Of a stretch of DNA of 64,000 nucleotides, positions 31,654-40,626 are shown in pieces. The position numbers were made by a program, and so were the translations under genes. The DNA is taken from NCBI GenBank assembly GCA_046725285.1, contig JBKOYG010000047.1:1024-65023 (forward strand), in the 5' to 3' direction. This DNA is from Verrucomicrobiota bacterium (GTDB taxonomy: Bacteria > Verrucomicrobiota > Verrucomicrobiia > Chthoniobacterales > UBA10450). How positions within the stretch are numbered: position 1 is the first letter of the stretch; each line of letters starts with the position of its first letter. The notes under the pieces are model-generated. The model was not told where the DNA came from. It did no database searches and saw only the letters and a list, made by a program, of their open reading frames with translations.

Positions 31654-32523
31654 ATGATCGGTGAAGGAACTCAGAGCACGAACCAGCGGCTCCACATGTA
31701 CGTTCAGGAGCACGTTGAGGTTGGCTTTTTCACTGACCCAACCGTTTGCATCGGATGCAAAGCTTGCGAAGTCGCATGCAAAGAATGGAACGAAGTGCCT
31801 GACGACGGCTTCACCTGGTCGGGAAATTCTTACGACAACACCGGCCATCTCGGTGCTTCCACATGGCGGCATGTCTTGTTTCTCGAACAGGACCGACAAA
31901 AAGGAAATCAGGTCGTCGGCTCCCACTCGTTAGGCAACGGTGATGGAGACGATCCGTTTCGCTGGGTTTTTCTTTCCGATGTTTGCAAGCATTGCGAGGA
32001 AGCGGGCTGCCTAGAAGCGTGTCCAACCGGCTCAATCGTGCGAACGGAGGTCGGTTCTGTGTTGGTCCAGAACGACGTTTGCAATGGCTGCGGATACTGC
32101 GTTGTCTCCTGCCCGTTCGGCGTCATCGATCGCCGCCCGGAACCGCTGCTTAACGCTGGCGGCGCTTTCAAGTGCACGTTTTGCTACGACCGGCAGAAAA
32201 GTGGACTCGTGCCCGCCTGCGCGAAGGTTTGTCCAACCGAATCGATTGTTTTCGGGCGGCTCGATGATTTGCGCGCGCGAGCATCGCAACGCGTGCAGCA
32301 GCTCAAACAGAACGGATATGACGATGCGCAACTCTACGATCCTCTGAACACTTCAGTTCGCGGAATTCACGCATTCTTTCTGATTCTAGGCGAACCGGAG
32401 GCATACGGGCTTCCGCCAAAACCACAGGTGCCGACAATTTATTTGAAATCCGCATGGACAGCGGCAATCGCGACCGCGATCGGCGCATTCATCGCGATAT
32501 CGTGCGCGTTCGCTTTTCTATGA
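31654..32523 (+). CDS. fdnH: Formate dehydrogenase beta subunit (four 4Fe-4S clusters, C-terminal TM anchor)
   Basis: CIGCKACEVACKEWN, CKHCEEAGCLEACP, CNGCGYCVVSCP, CTFCYDR...CAKVCP. C-terminal AAIATAIGAFIAISCAFAFL. Confidence 0.85.
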   Translation: MIGEGTQSTNQRLHMYVQEHVEVGFFTDPTVCIGCKACEVACKEWNEVPDDGFTWSGNSYDNTGHLGASTWRHVLFLEQDRQKGNQVVGSHSLGNGDGDDPFRWVFLSDVCKHCEEAGCLEACPTGSIVRTEVGSVLVQNDVCNGCGYCVVSCPFGVIDRRPEPLLNAGGAFKCTFCYDRQKSGLVPACAKVCPTESIVFGRLDDLRARASQRVQQLKQNGYDDAQLYDPLNTSVRGIHAFFLILGEPEAYGLPPKPQVPTIYLKSAWTAAIATAIGAFIAISCAFAFL

Positions 32524-32542
32524 GCCAAACAATTCAAGAGGT

Positions 32543-32620
32543 TGTAGCCGGGGGCGTTGGCCCCGGCCGCACCGGACATTTGCACTCTGACAGCCGCCGC
32601 GGTCAGCGCCCGCGGCTACA
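32543..32620. repeat. REP-like element TGTAGCCG...CGGCTACA
   Basis: Hairpins CCGGGGC-gttg-GCCCCGG and GCCGCGG-tcagcgc-CCGCGGC. The 3' 25 nt are identical to the copy at 35690-35714. Confidence 0.7.
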
Positions 32621-32625
32621 CGCGT

Positions 32626-33648
32626 ATGCCTAACGAACAGCGCCTCGAACAACTGCGCGAGCAAGCGTGGGACAAAGGAGTCGTTTCCGGTCGCGGCATA
32701 GATGTCACTGGAGGACCCATCCCGCGCAAGCTCGCCACGGCGAGTCCGTCCGGCGGCGAACCGGGTTACTACGGCGAACCAGTCGTCAAACCGCCCGTGT
32801 GGACCTGGGAAATTCCGCTCTATCTTTTCGCCGGCGGGTTTTCCGGGATGGCGGCGGTTATCGCGTTCGGCGGACTGATTTTTCACGGGAGCGACCTTAC
32901 GCGCACAGCAATGTGGCTCGCAGTGATCGGTGCGATTCTGTCGCCAGTGCTGCTCATTTTGGATCTCGGACGCCCGCGCTTGTTTCTAAACATGCTGCGC
33001 GTTTTTAAGTACCAATCGCCGATGTCGGTCGGCGCGTGGATCCTGTTTGTTTTTGGCGGCTGCGCCATTCCCGGTTTAATCGCGCTCGAGCTTCACGCGC
33101 AGCGAATTTTCACCGGCGGTTTCGACCACTTTCTTCAAGTCATCGCGTTTCTGCTGATTCTGGGCTCGGCCTTTTGGGGAATGTTCCTTTCTACTTACAC
33201 AGGCGTTTTAGTCGGCGCGACGGCGATCCCCGCGTGGTTTTTGCATCGCACGCTTCTGCCGATTCATTTCGGCGTTGCAGGTTTGGGATCCGCCGCGGCG
33301 TTGCTTGAATTGCTTGGCCATCGAATCGCACCGCTTGCGGCGCTTGGATTTCTCGCCTCGAGCATCCAGACCGTGCTTTGGATTTGGCTCCGGATCGATA
33401 AACACGGCGCAGCCGATCGTGCGCTGCACGAAAAGGGCTCCGGCTGGCTCATTCGCTGCGGTGAAATCCTGATCGGGCCGCTTTCTCTGATTTTACGCCT
33501 GACAAATTTGGTTCCGCTCGCCGGAGTTTCATTTTTGGTCGGTGCATTAATTAGCCGCTTCGGCTGGATTTGGGCGGGAAAAGTCTGCGCGCGCGATCCT
33601 GAAGCGGTGTTCGCCTCGCAGCGCTCAGGCCTTAGCCGCGAGCGCTGA
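32626..33648 (+). CDS. NrfD/PsrC-family integral membrane quinone-interacting subunit
   Basis: VWTWEIPLYLFAGGFSGMAA and about 8 TM helices. Start moved to MPNEQRLEQL because the track N-terminus runs through a REP element. Confidence 0.7.
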   Translation: MPNEQRLEQLREQAWDKGVVSGRGIDVTGGPIPRKLATASPSGGEPGYYGEPVVKPPVWTWEIPLYLFAGGFSGMAAVIAFGGLIFHGSDLTRTAMWLAVIGAILSPVLLILDLGRPRLFLNMLRVFKYQSPMSVGAWILFVFGGCAIPGLIALELHAQRIFTGGFDHFLQVIAFLLILGSAFWGMFLSTYTGVLVGATAIPAWFLHRTLLPIHFGVAGLGSAAALLELLGHRIAPLAALGFLASSIQTVLWIWLRIDKHGAADRALHEKGSGWLIRCGEILIGPLSLILRLTNLVPLAGVSFLVGALISRFGWIWAGKVCARDPEAVFASQRSGLSRER

Positions 33649-33712
33649 CCGCGGTCGTGCGCGTGGATACATTTCAGCTTGCCGAGATCGGCGCGCCGGC
33701 TACAGCGCCGTG

Positions 33713-34519
33713 CTACTGGAGGATCACGCGCTCGATGTGCGAATAAATGTTGAATGAAGGCGGACGCAAAAATCCGACCAACGTTTGATTGCTTTGTCGC
33801 GCAAAATCGACAGCCAGCGTCGAAGGGGCTGAAACCGCCGCGACGATGGGAACACCAGCAGCCAGCGCCTTTTGGACGATTTCAAATGAGGCGCGGCCGC
33901 TGACAAGAAGAACATGCCGATTCAGCGGAAGCAATTTATCGAGGAACGCGCGGCCGATCGCTTTGTCCACGGCGTTGTGGCGTCCGATATCCTCGCGAAC
34001 AATTTTCAATTCACCACTCGAATCAAAAATTCCTGCGGCGTGAATTCCGCCGGTGCGCGCGAAATCGCTCTGTGCCTTTTGCAATTTCTCCGGAAGCGAT
34101 AGCAACGTTCCGATATCGATTCGAACATTGCCCGACTCGATCGCAGAAAAATTTTGCCGAATCGCATCGATACTCGTTTTGCCACAAAGTCCGCAGCTAC
34201 TGGAAATCGTCCCAAAGCGTTGCGTCGAGTTCAGCTTCAATTTCACACTGCCGGCGAGATCAACGATGACTCTGTTGTCACCATCTCCCGAAATTTTCGC
34301 GATCGCGCTTCGATCGCGCACGATTGCTTCGGAAACGAGAAAACCAGCGGCGAGTTCGTCGTCGTGACCGGGAGTGCGCATCGTCGTGGCCAAAGGTTTA
34401 TCGCCAATTCGGATTTCCAGCGGCTCTTCGATCGTCAGATCGTCCCGCAAATATTCGAGCGAGCCGTCTTGTTTTCGCCGGATGATTCTTCCCGGACCGA
34501 TGCTCGAGGCTTCTTTCAT
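33713..34519 (-). CDS. fdhD: Formate dehydrogenase accessory sulfurtransferase FdhD
   Basis: MRTPGHDDELAAGFL, SSCGLCGK, GGIHAAG, GRHNAVDKAIG. Start at M36 of the track ORF gives 268 aa and removes the overlap with the divergent MOSC gene. Confidence 0.8.
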   Translation of the reverse strand: MKEASSIGPGRIIRRKQDGSLEYLRDDLTIEEPLEIRIGDKPLATTMRTPGHDDELAAGFLVSEAIVRDRSAIAKISGDGDNRVIVDLAGSVKLKLNSTQRFGTISSSCGLCGKTSIDAIRQNFSAIESGNVRIDIGTLLSLPEKLQKAQSDFARTGGIHAAGIFDSSGELKIVREDIGRHNAVDKAIGRAFLDKLLPLNRHVLLVSGRASFEIVQKALAAGVPIVAAVSAPSTLAVDFARQSNQTLVGFLRPPSFNIYSHIERVILQ

Positions 34520-34537
34520 CAGTGAGGATTTCAGATA

Positions 34538-35077
34538 TTGTTGCAGCCGGTGGAAATCTGTCACTTGTACATTTCGCCAGGGCACAATTTCGTCGGCCAT
34601 CACGGTCTCGAGCCGGACACGCATCCCATGATTGAAGTGCCCGGGATCGAATGTGTCGCGGGCCGTGGGATTCGCGGCGATCGTTACTTCAATTTTAAGG
34701 ACGACTACAAAGGCCAGATCACATTTTTTTCGCTGGATGTTTTCGATGAGCTTTGCGCCGCACTCGGCTTACACGATTGCTCGCCCGCTGCGGCGCGGCG
34801 CAATGTGATCACACGCGGCGTTGATCTGAACGAGCTCATCGGGAAAGAATTTGAGGTTCAAGGCGTTCATTTTTATGGAACGCAGGAGTCCGCCCCTTGC
34901 TACTGGATGGATCGTGCATTCGCGCCAGGCGCGAAGGATTTCCTGAAAGGGCGCGGCGGTCTTCGCGCGAAAATTCTTTGTGATGGCGAGCTGCGCTCGA
35001 TCGCGCTCGTTCCGGCAGGGTCGGCGCGCTGCGCCGACGGGACGCTGCAGCGCGCCGTCTCTACCATTTCCAGATGA
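34538..35077 (+). CDS. MOSC domain protein (Moco-sulfurase C-terminal-like)
   Basis: ICHLYISPGHNF...VAGRGIRGDRY...ITFFSLDVFDEL...RRNVITRGVDLN...C-YWMDRA. ATGA overlap with mobA. Confidence 0.65.
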   Translation: MLQPVEICHLYISPGHNFVGHHGLEPDTHPMIEVPGIECVAGRGIRGDRYFNFKDDYKGQITFFSLDVFDELCAALGLHDCSPAAARRNVITRGVDLNELIGKEFEVQGVHFYGTQESAPCYWMDRAFAPGAKDFLKGRGGLRAKILCDGELRSIALVPAGSARCADGTLQRAVSTISR

Positions 35078-35643
35078 ACATCAGCGCGGTATTGCTCGTC
35101 GGCGGCGAATCGCGCCGGATGGGCAAAGACAAAGCGACGCTTCTGGTTCGCGGAAAAGCGCTCTGGCAAATTCAACTCGAGCTGTTGCGGAAATTGGCGC
35201 CGAAAGAAATCTTCGTTTCCGCACGCACCGATCCCGTCTGGCGCCCTGCCGATGTGCAATTTGTCTCGGACGATCCTCCATCACGCGGACCGCTGAGCGG
35301 TCTGGCTGCATCGCTGGCACAGATGCGAACTAACCATCTGCTCGCGCTTGCGATCGACATGCCATTCATCACCGAAAAATACCTGAGGTTTCTCTGCAGT
35401 CAGATAAAGCCGGGCTGTGGCGTCATTGCAAAAATCGACGACCACTTCGAACCGTTGGCGGCGATTTATCCACAAGAAACGCTCGCGAATGTTCAGAGCG
35501 CACTTTCTGGAACGGATTTTTCGTTTCAAACAGTCACAGGCTGCCTTGCCGCAACGGGAAAACTTCGGGTGGTACCCGTTACGCCGCAGGAAAAAGAACT
35601 ATTCCGAAATCTGAATGAGTTGGTTGACTTCGCGGCGCTGTAG
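35074..35643 (+). CDS. mobA: Molybdenum cofactor guanylyltransferase
   Basis: N-terminus AVLLVGGESRRMGKDKATL, GPLSGLAASL, DMPFI. Confidence 0.8.
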   Translation: MNISAVLLVGGESRRMGKDKATLLVRGKALWQIQLELLRKLAPKEIFVSARTDPVWRPADVQFVSDDPPSRGPLSGLAASLAQMRTNHLLALAIDMPFITEKYLRFLCSQIKPGCGVIAKIDDHFEPLAAIYPQETLANVQSALSGTDFSFQTVTGCLAATGKLRVVPVTPQEKELFRNLNELVDFAAL

Positions 35644-35714
35644 CCGAGGGCGTTGACCTCGGCCCCACGGGATCTGTCATGCAGTAACTGCCGCGGTCAG
35701 CGCCCGCGGCTACA
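35639..35714. repeat. REP-like element TGTAGCCG...CGGCTACA
   Basis: Hairpins CCGAGG-gcgttga-CCTCGG and GCCGCGG-tcagcgc-CCGCGGC. The mobA TAG stop (35641-35643) lies in the TGTAG terminus. Confidence 0.7.
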
Positions 35715-35797
35715 GCTGAAGTTTACGCGCGAATGAAAGCTGCTCTTGCAAGTTAGCTACGATTGCTCGATTATATCCGCTTCAATTTTGGATTGAG

Positions 35798-36610
35798 ATG
35801 AGCTTGTCAATCTTGCGGGCTGCGGCTTTGTTTTTTTCTATTCCGGCGTGCGCCTTCTCTGCCAGCAACGTAGTGAATCTTTCCCATTACGACATGATGC
35901 GGCCGGATTTCACTGCGATGAAACGTGAAGGCATTATCGGAGTGATTCATGAAGCCACTTATCCGCGGCTTGAGCGCGATGCGAAATATCTCGACCGTCA
36001 AATGGGAGCGCTCCAAGCCGGCCTGCTGTGGGGCGCGTATCATTATGCCGATGGGACTGATCCTGTCCGACAGGCCGACCATTTTCTCAGCGTTGTATCC
36101 AGTGCCTGGTCGCAAGCCGGTTCGGTGGCGCGAGCTCCGGGCGTTCTGCTGGTGCTCGATTTCGAAAAGAATGGACATTATCCCGGTGGCACGATGCGGC
36201 CTGACCAGGCCGTTTCTTTTGTCGAGCGAATCCGTCAACGCACCGGCGTATATCCAGGAATTTATTCCGGCGAATACCATCTGCAGCAGGTGTTGAACAG
36301 TCCCAGGGTCAGTAACGCGCAGAGAAATGTGCTCACGAATTGTTGGTTATGGATCGCAAATTATCACAAAGAGCCGCGAGCCACCGCGCCATGGAATTTT
36401 TGGTCTCTTTGGCAATACTGTGGTGACGGCAAATGCGGTCTGCCGCGTTCATCTTACCCCATAAGTGTTGCCAATATAAAAAAGGCGGAACGCAATATTT
36501 TCCGCGGGAATCAATCGGACCTGCAAGAGTTCTGGCAAAGACGCGCCTGGCAACCGAATGGTGGAAAGCCTCGCCGGGGAAGCGAGCGTACCCTCACAGC
36601 CGAATTGTAA
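35798..36610 (+). CDS. GH25-type lysozyme/muramidase-like secreted protein
   Basis: Signal peptide, then VNLSHYD...GVIHEATYP, WGAYHYA, VLDFE, IYSG, LWIANY, WSLWQY. This is the GH25 strand pattern. Confidence 0.6.
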   Translation: MSLSILRAAALFFSIPACAFSASNVVNLSHYDMMRPDFTAMKREGIIGVIHEATYPRLERDAKYLDRQMGALQAGLLWGAYHYADGTDPVRQADHFLSVVSSAWSQAGSVARAPGVLLVLDFEKNGHYPGGTMRPDQAVSFVERIRQRTGVYPGIYSGEYHLQQVLNSPRVSNAQRNVLTNCWLWIANYHKEPRATAPWNFWSLWQYCGDGKCGLPRSSYPISVANIKKAERNIFRGNQSDLQEFWQRRAWQPNGGKPRRGSERTLTAEL

Positions 36611-36617
36611 AGGCGTC

Positions 36618-37763
36618 TCAAGGCGCTGCGGTTTTCGATGCGTCCGTGGACTCCTGCGACGCAGTCGCTACTTCTTTTTGGATGCCGCGTTGTGTTGTGA
36701 GGTAAACCGCAAAACTGCCGAGCCAATGTCCACCTTCGTAATGCGCGCCCGTGACCGCGGCGAGTCCCGCGCGCCGATGTGCGTCTGCGGCAGCCTGGAG
36801 CGCCGCTCTGCGCCGATCATCGTGCGGTAGCGCCGACAGAATTCCTTCCAGCATCCAGGCGCGGCTCAGATTTAGCCCATCGAGATGGGCAAGCTTGGGA
36901 TCGCTCGGATCGGGCGAGACAACCGGTTTCAACCAATCGCCGTTTCCCGTCATCGGAATCTGCGGCATGAAATCACCAAGCCATTTCGCGAATTCCGTTT
37001 GCGGCAAGACGCGACGCATCACGTCTGCTTCGCCCAGGCAGGGAGAAAGAAAATCTTCGCCCGAGGGTTCGTAATTGAGCGGACAATCCTTGTCAGCGAG
37101 GAAGAACTTTTTCGCTGAATCCGCAACCAGCGTGGCAAAAGAATCATTTTTGGTCGACCGCGCATAATCAAGCATCAGGCCGAGTCCGAACGCTGTTTGA
37201 TCATGCTCGCCGATGCGCACAGGATTCGAAAGTTTCGGCAGCCACGTCTTCAATCGCTCGATTGCTGCCTGTTCAAGTGGACGCAGGTTCGCTGACATCT
37301 CTCGCGCCTGGTCGTCGTCCCACTCGCGCAACTCGGCGCATAATTGAAGCAGCCACGCCAATCCATACGGGCGTTCGAAACTCATCCGGCCTTCTCCGCG
37401 AAGATAGGCAGCGTCCTGTTTCAAATTCTCCGCAGTAAGACTTTTGCGCAGCGCATCGCGCGCTGCTCGGGCAAACGATGCATTCGGAAAAGTGCGCAGC
37501 AGTCTAACAAGCAACCAATGTCCGTGCACTGATGAATGCCAGTCGTAACATCCGTAAAATGTCGGCGTGAGTTTGCGCGGCGGCGCCACGTCCGCATCGC
37601 TGTTCAGCACATGACTGATTTTGTTTGGGTATTCTTTGGCCACGCACGCCAGCGCCAATTTTGCGAACCGTTCTGCTGCCTTTTCGTCGAAGATCGGGGC
37701 CGTGTTGGCTGCCGCCGCTGCGACAGACGGCATCAGCAGCAAGATTGCGAAACAACATTTCAT
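36618..37763 (-). CDS. DUF2891-family secreted protein
   Basis: YPNKISHVLNSDADV..P..LTPTFYGCYDWHSSVHGHWLLVRL. Start at MKCCFAILLL (signal peptide). Confidence 0.6.
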   Translation of the reverse strand: MKCCFAILLLMPSVAAAAANTAPIFDEKAAERFAKLALACVAKEYPNKISHVLNSDADVAPPRKLTPTFYGCYDWHSSVHGHWLLVRLLRTFPNASFARAARDALRKSLTAENLKQDAAYLRGEGRMSFERPYGLAWLLQLCAELREWDDDQAREMSANLRPLEQAAIERLKTWLPKLSNPVRIGEHDQTAFGLGLMLDYARSTKNDSFATLVADSAKKFFLADKDCPLNYEPSGEDFLSPCLGEADVMRRVLPQTEFAKWLGDFMPQIPMTGNGDWLKPVVSPDPSDPKLAHLDGLNLSRAWMLEGILSALPHDDRRRAALQAAADAHRRAGLAAVTGAHYEGGHWLGSFAVYLTTQRGIQKEVATASQESTDASKTAAP

Positions 37764-37823
37764 GCCTGTGCGCGACCGTAATCGCTGTTGCCTCCCAGCG
37801 CGAGCACGCGGAAAATCCGAACC

Positions 37824-40061
37824 ATGCATGTTCGTTTCTGTTCGGTGGTAAAATCGATATCTCCTGAGGCAGCGCTCGGCGTAATTCTGGTAATCACGCA
37901 CATCGCAGCTATCTCTGTCATGGCTCAAACGTCACCCGTGCAAAATCCTGATATGGCAGATAACCCATTGCTCACTGAAAGCTCGCTGCCGTATCACATC
38001 CCGCCGTTCGATAAGATCAAGGATCAACACTTCGCGCCCGCAATCGAGGAGGGCATGCGCCAGCAACTCAAGGAAGTTGAAGCGGTGGCGAGTAATTCTG
38101 AAAAGCCAACCTTCGACAACACCATTGTCGCGCTGGAACGCACCGGCCGTTTGCTCGATCGCGCCGAGCGCACCTTTTCGAACCTTAACGCCTGCAACAC
38201 CAATCCTGAGATGCAGAAAATCGAAAAGGAAATGGCGCCAAAGCTCGCCGCTCATCGCGACGCAATTCATCTCAACAGCAAATTGTTCGCGCGGATCCAG
38301 GAGCTTTACGACAATCGCGACAGTCTCGGACTCGATCCCGAATCGGCTTATCTAATCGAGCGCTATTATAAGGATTTCGTCAGGGCCGGCGCGAAACTCT
38401 CCGATGCGGACAAGGAAAAGCTCAAGAAAATCAATGCCGAGCTCGCAACGTTGCAGACCCAATTTGAACAAAATGTTTTGAAGGAAAAGAACGCATCCTC
38501 GGTGGTCGTCGATCGCAAGGAAGATCTGCGCGGTCTTTCCGATAACCAGATGGCAAGCGTTACCGCGGCAGCGAAAGCGGAGCACAAGGAAGGGAAATTC
38601 GTCATTCAAATGCAGAACACGACCGGACAGCCGCTGCTTGGGTCGTTACAAAACCGGGAGTTGCGTGAGCGCATCATGGAAACCTCTCTCGCGCGCGATA
38701 GCCGCGGTGGCGAGTTCGACACGCGCAACATCGTGATGCGAACGGCGCAGTTGCGAGCGGAAAAAGCGAAGCTGCTTGGCTATGCGAATTGGGCCGCATA
38801 TCAGCTGGAAGACCAGACTGCCCACGATGTTCCTACCGTGAATAAGCTCCTGAGCGACCTCGCGCCGCCTGCCGTCGCAAACGCAAAACGCGAGGCGGCT
38901 GACATGCAGAAGATTGTCGACCAGGAAAAAGGCGGTTTCCAGATCGCGTCATGGGATTGGCCTTCTTATTCGGAGAAAGTTCGCAGGGCGCGTTACGCTT
39001 TCGACGAATCGGAGCTGCGCCCGTACTACGAGCTGAATCACGTTATTCTCGACGGCGTATTCTTCGCCGCCGGAAAACTCTACGGTCTCACCTTCAAGGA
39101 GCGTCACGACATTCCCGTTTATCAGCCGGACGTGCGCGTATTCGAAGTTTACGATCGCGACGGTAAACCGCTGGCGTTGTTTCTCGGTGACTATTACGCG
39201 CGCCCATCGAAACGCGGCGGCGCGTGGATGAACGCGTACGTGCAGCAAAGCGATCTGTTCGGGACAAAACCGGTCGTTGCCAATCATCTCAATATTCCAA
39301 AGCCGCCACCGGGCGAACCGACGTTGCTGACACACGATGAAGTGCGCACTGCTTTCCATGAGTTCGGCCACGCGCTGCACGGGATGTTTTCGAACGTAAA
39401 ATATCCGCGCTTCAGTGGAACAAGCGTGCCGCGTGACTTCGTAGAGTACCCGTCGCAGGTGAACGAAATGTGGGCGACATGGCCCGAAGTGCTCAAGAAT
39501 TATGCGAAACATTACAAGACCGGTGAACCAATCCCGCAGGCGTTGCTCGACAAGGTGATCGCTGCGGAAAAATTCAATCAGGGCTACAAAACAACCGAAT
39601 ATCTGTCGGCGTCACTTCTCGATCAGGCGTGGCATCAACTCAATCCATCTGATGTTCCGAAAGACGCAGTAGCCTTTGAAGCGGAAGCGTTGCGCAAGGC
39701 CGGGGTCGATTTTCCACCGGTGCCGCCTCGTTACCGCAGCTTTTATTTTTCACACGCGTTCGCTGGCGGTTACTCGGCCGGTTATTACTCCTATATCTGG
39801 AGCGAAGTACTCGACGCCGACACGGTCGAGTGGTTCAAAGAACACGGCGGATTGAAACGCGAAAACGGTGACCGCTTTCGTGCCATGTTGCTGTCGCGCG
39901 GCGGATCGGCTGACGCCCTCGGGCTGTTTAAGAATTTTGTGGGACGCGATCCTTATGTCGAGCCGTTGTTAAAGCGGCGTGGGCTCGATCGCCCGCCGGG
40001 CGAGGATGGAGCAAGCCGGCGCGCAAAAAGCGATGGACTACCGCAGGGCGGCGTCCGCTAG
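37824..40061 (+). CDS. dcp: M3-family peptidyl-dipeptidase (Dcp-like), probably exported
   Basis: Zinc motif HEFGHALHG and collinearity with E. coli Dcp from LPYHIPPFDKIKDQHF onward. Hydrophobic N-terminal leader. Confidence 0.8.
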   Translation: MHVRFCSVVKSISPEAALGVILVITHIAAISVMAQTSPVQNPDMADNPLLTESSLPYHIPPFDKIKDQHFAPAIEEGMRQQLKEVEAVASNSEKPTFDNTIVALERTGRLLDRAERTFSNLNACNTNPEMQKIEKEMAPKLAAHRDAIHLNSKLFARIQELYDNRDSLGLDPESAYLIERYYKDFVRAGAKLSDADKEKLKKINAELATLQTQFEQNVLKEKNASSVVVDRKEDLRGLSDNQMASVTAAAKAEHKEGKFVIQMQNTTGQPLLGSLQNRELRERIMETSLARDSRGGEFDTRNIVMRTAQLRAEKAKLLGYANWAAYQLEDQTAHDVPTVNKLLSDLAPPAVANAKREAADMQKIVDQEKGGFQIASWDWPSYSEKVRRARYAFDESELRPYYELNHVILDGVFFAAGKLYGLTFKERHDIPVYQPDVRVFEVYDRDGKPLALFLGDYYARPSKRGGAWMNAYVQQSDLFGTKPVVANHLNIPKPPPGEPTLLTHDEVRTAFHEFGHALHGMFSNVKYPRFSGTSVPRDFVEYPSQVNEMWATWPEVLKNYAKHYKTGEPIPQALLDKVIAAEKFNQGYKTTEYLSASLLDQAWHQLNPSDVPKDAVAFEAEALRKAGVDFPPVPPRYRSFYFSHAFAGGYSAGYYSYIWSEVLDADTVEWFKEHGGLKRENGDRFRAMLLSRGGSADALGLFKNFVGRDPYVEPLLKRRGLDRPPGEDGASRRAKSDGLPQGGVR

Positions 40062-40262
40062 CGCACCAATATGAAACGCAGTCTCGTCCTCATAGCCTTC
40101 AGGAGCCCCAAGCAGTGCGCCCAGCAGCACGAATAAAGCGAAAACGCTGACAAGGGCATTAAACAGGATGCCAAAGCGCATTATCAGATCGTACTCAACG
40201 CGGGCAACGCTCACCCAAACCATGATCAGAAAAACAAAGGCGATCACGAATTTCGCTTTCAT
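40038..40262 (-). CDS. Small two-TM hypothetical membrane protein
   Basis: MKAKFVIAFVFLIMVWVSV... plus a second helix. Converges on and overlaps the dcp 3' end by 24 nt. Weak. Confidence 0.35.
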   Translation of the reverse strand: MKAKFVIAFVFLIMVWVSVARVEYDLIMRFGILFNALVSVFALFVLLGALLGAPEGYEDETAFHIGALADAALR

Positions 40263-40626
40263 AGTTTTCTGATGCCCAAGCGGTTGTAACGTTCTGACAA
40301 ATAACATTCGGGAGTGATTCCAAAGCTGGTTGTATGCTGCTAAACTTTCCGAGTGCATGACGCAAGTTCGGGTCGTGTGCGCGCAAGTGAGCTCGCACTT
40401 TACCGGTGATTCCACCGTCGCCAATCAGGAAAATGCGTCTGGGCGGAAATCTCAACGGGCAAAGTCCGTGAAGGGGTGTAGAGGCGGCCGTGCTTGCGAC
40501 GCCGTAGCTGCCGCGAAGGCGGGTCAGCCGCATGGCCTTGATTCCCTTGCGCACGGGGACACGCGCCACTACACCACCTCAATTGCCGGTGGAATGCTGC
40601 TCCAATTCTGTTAGTTTTATAATCCC

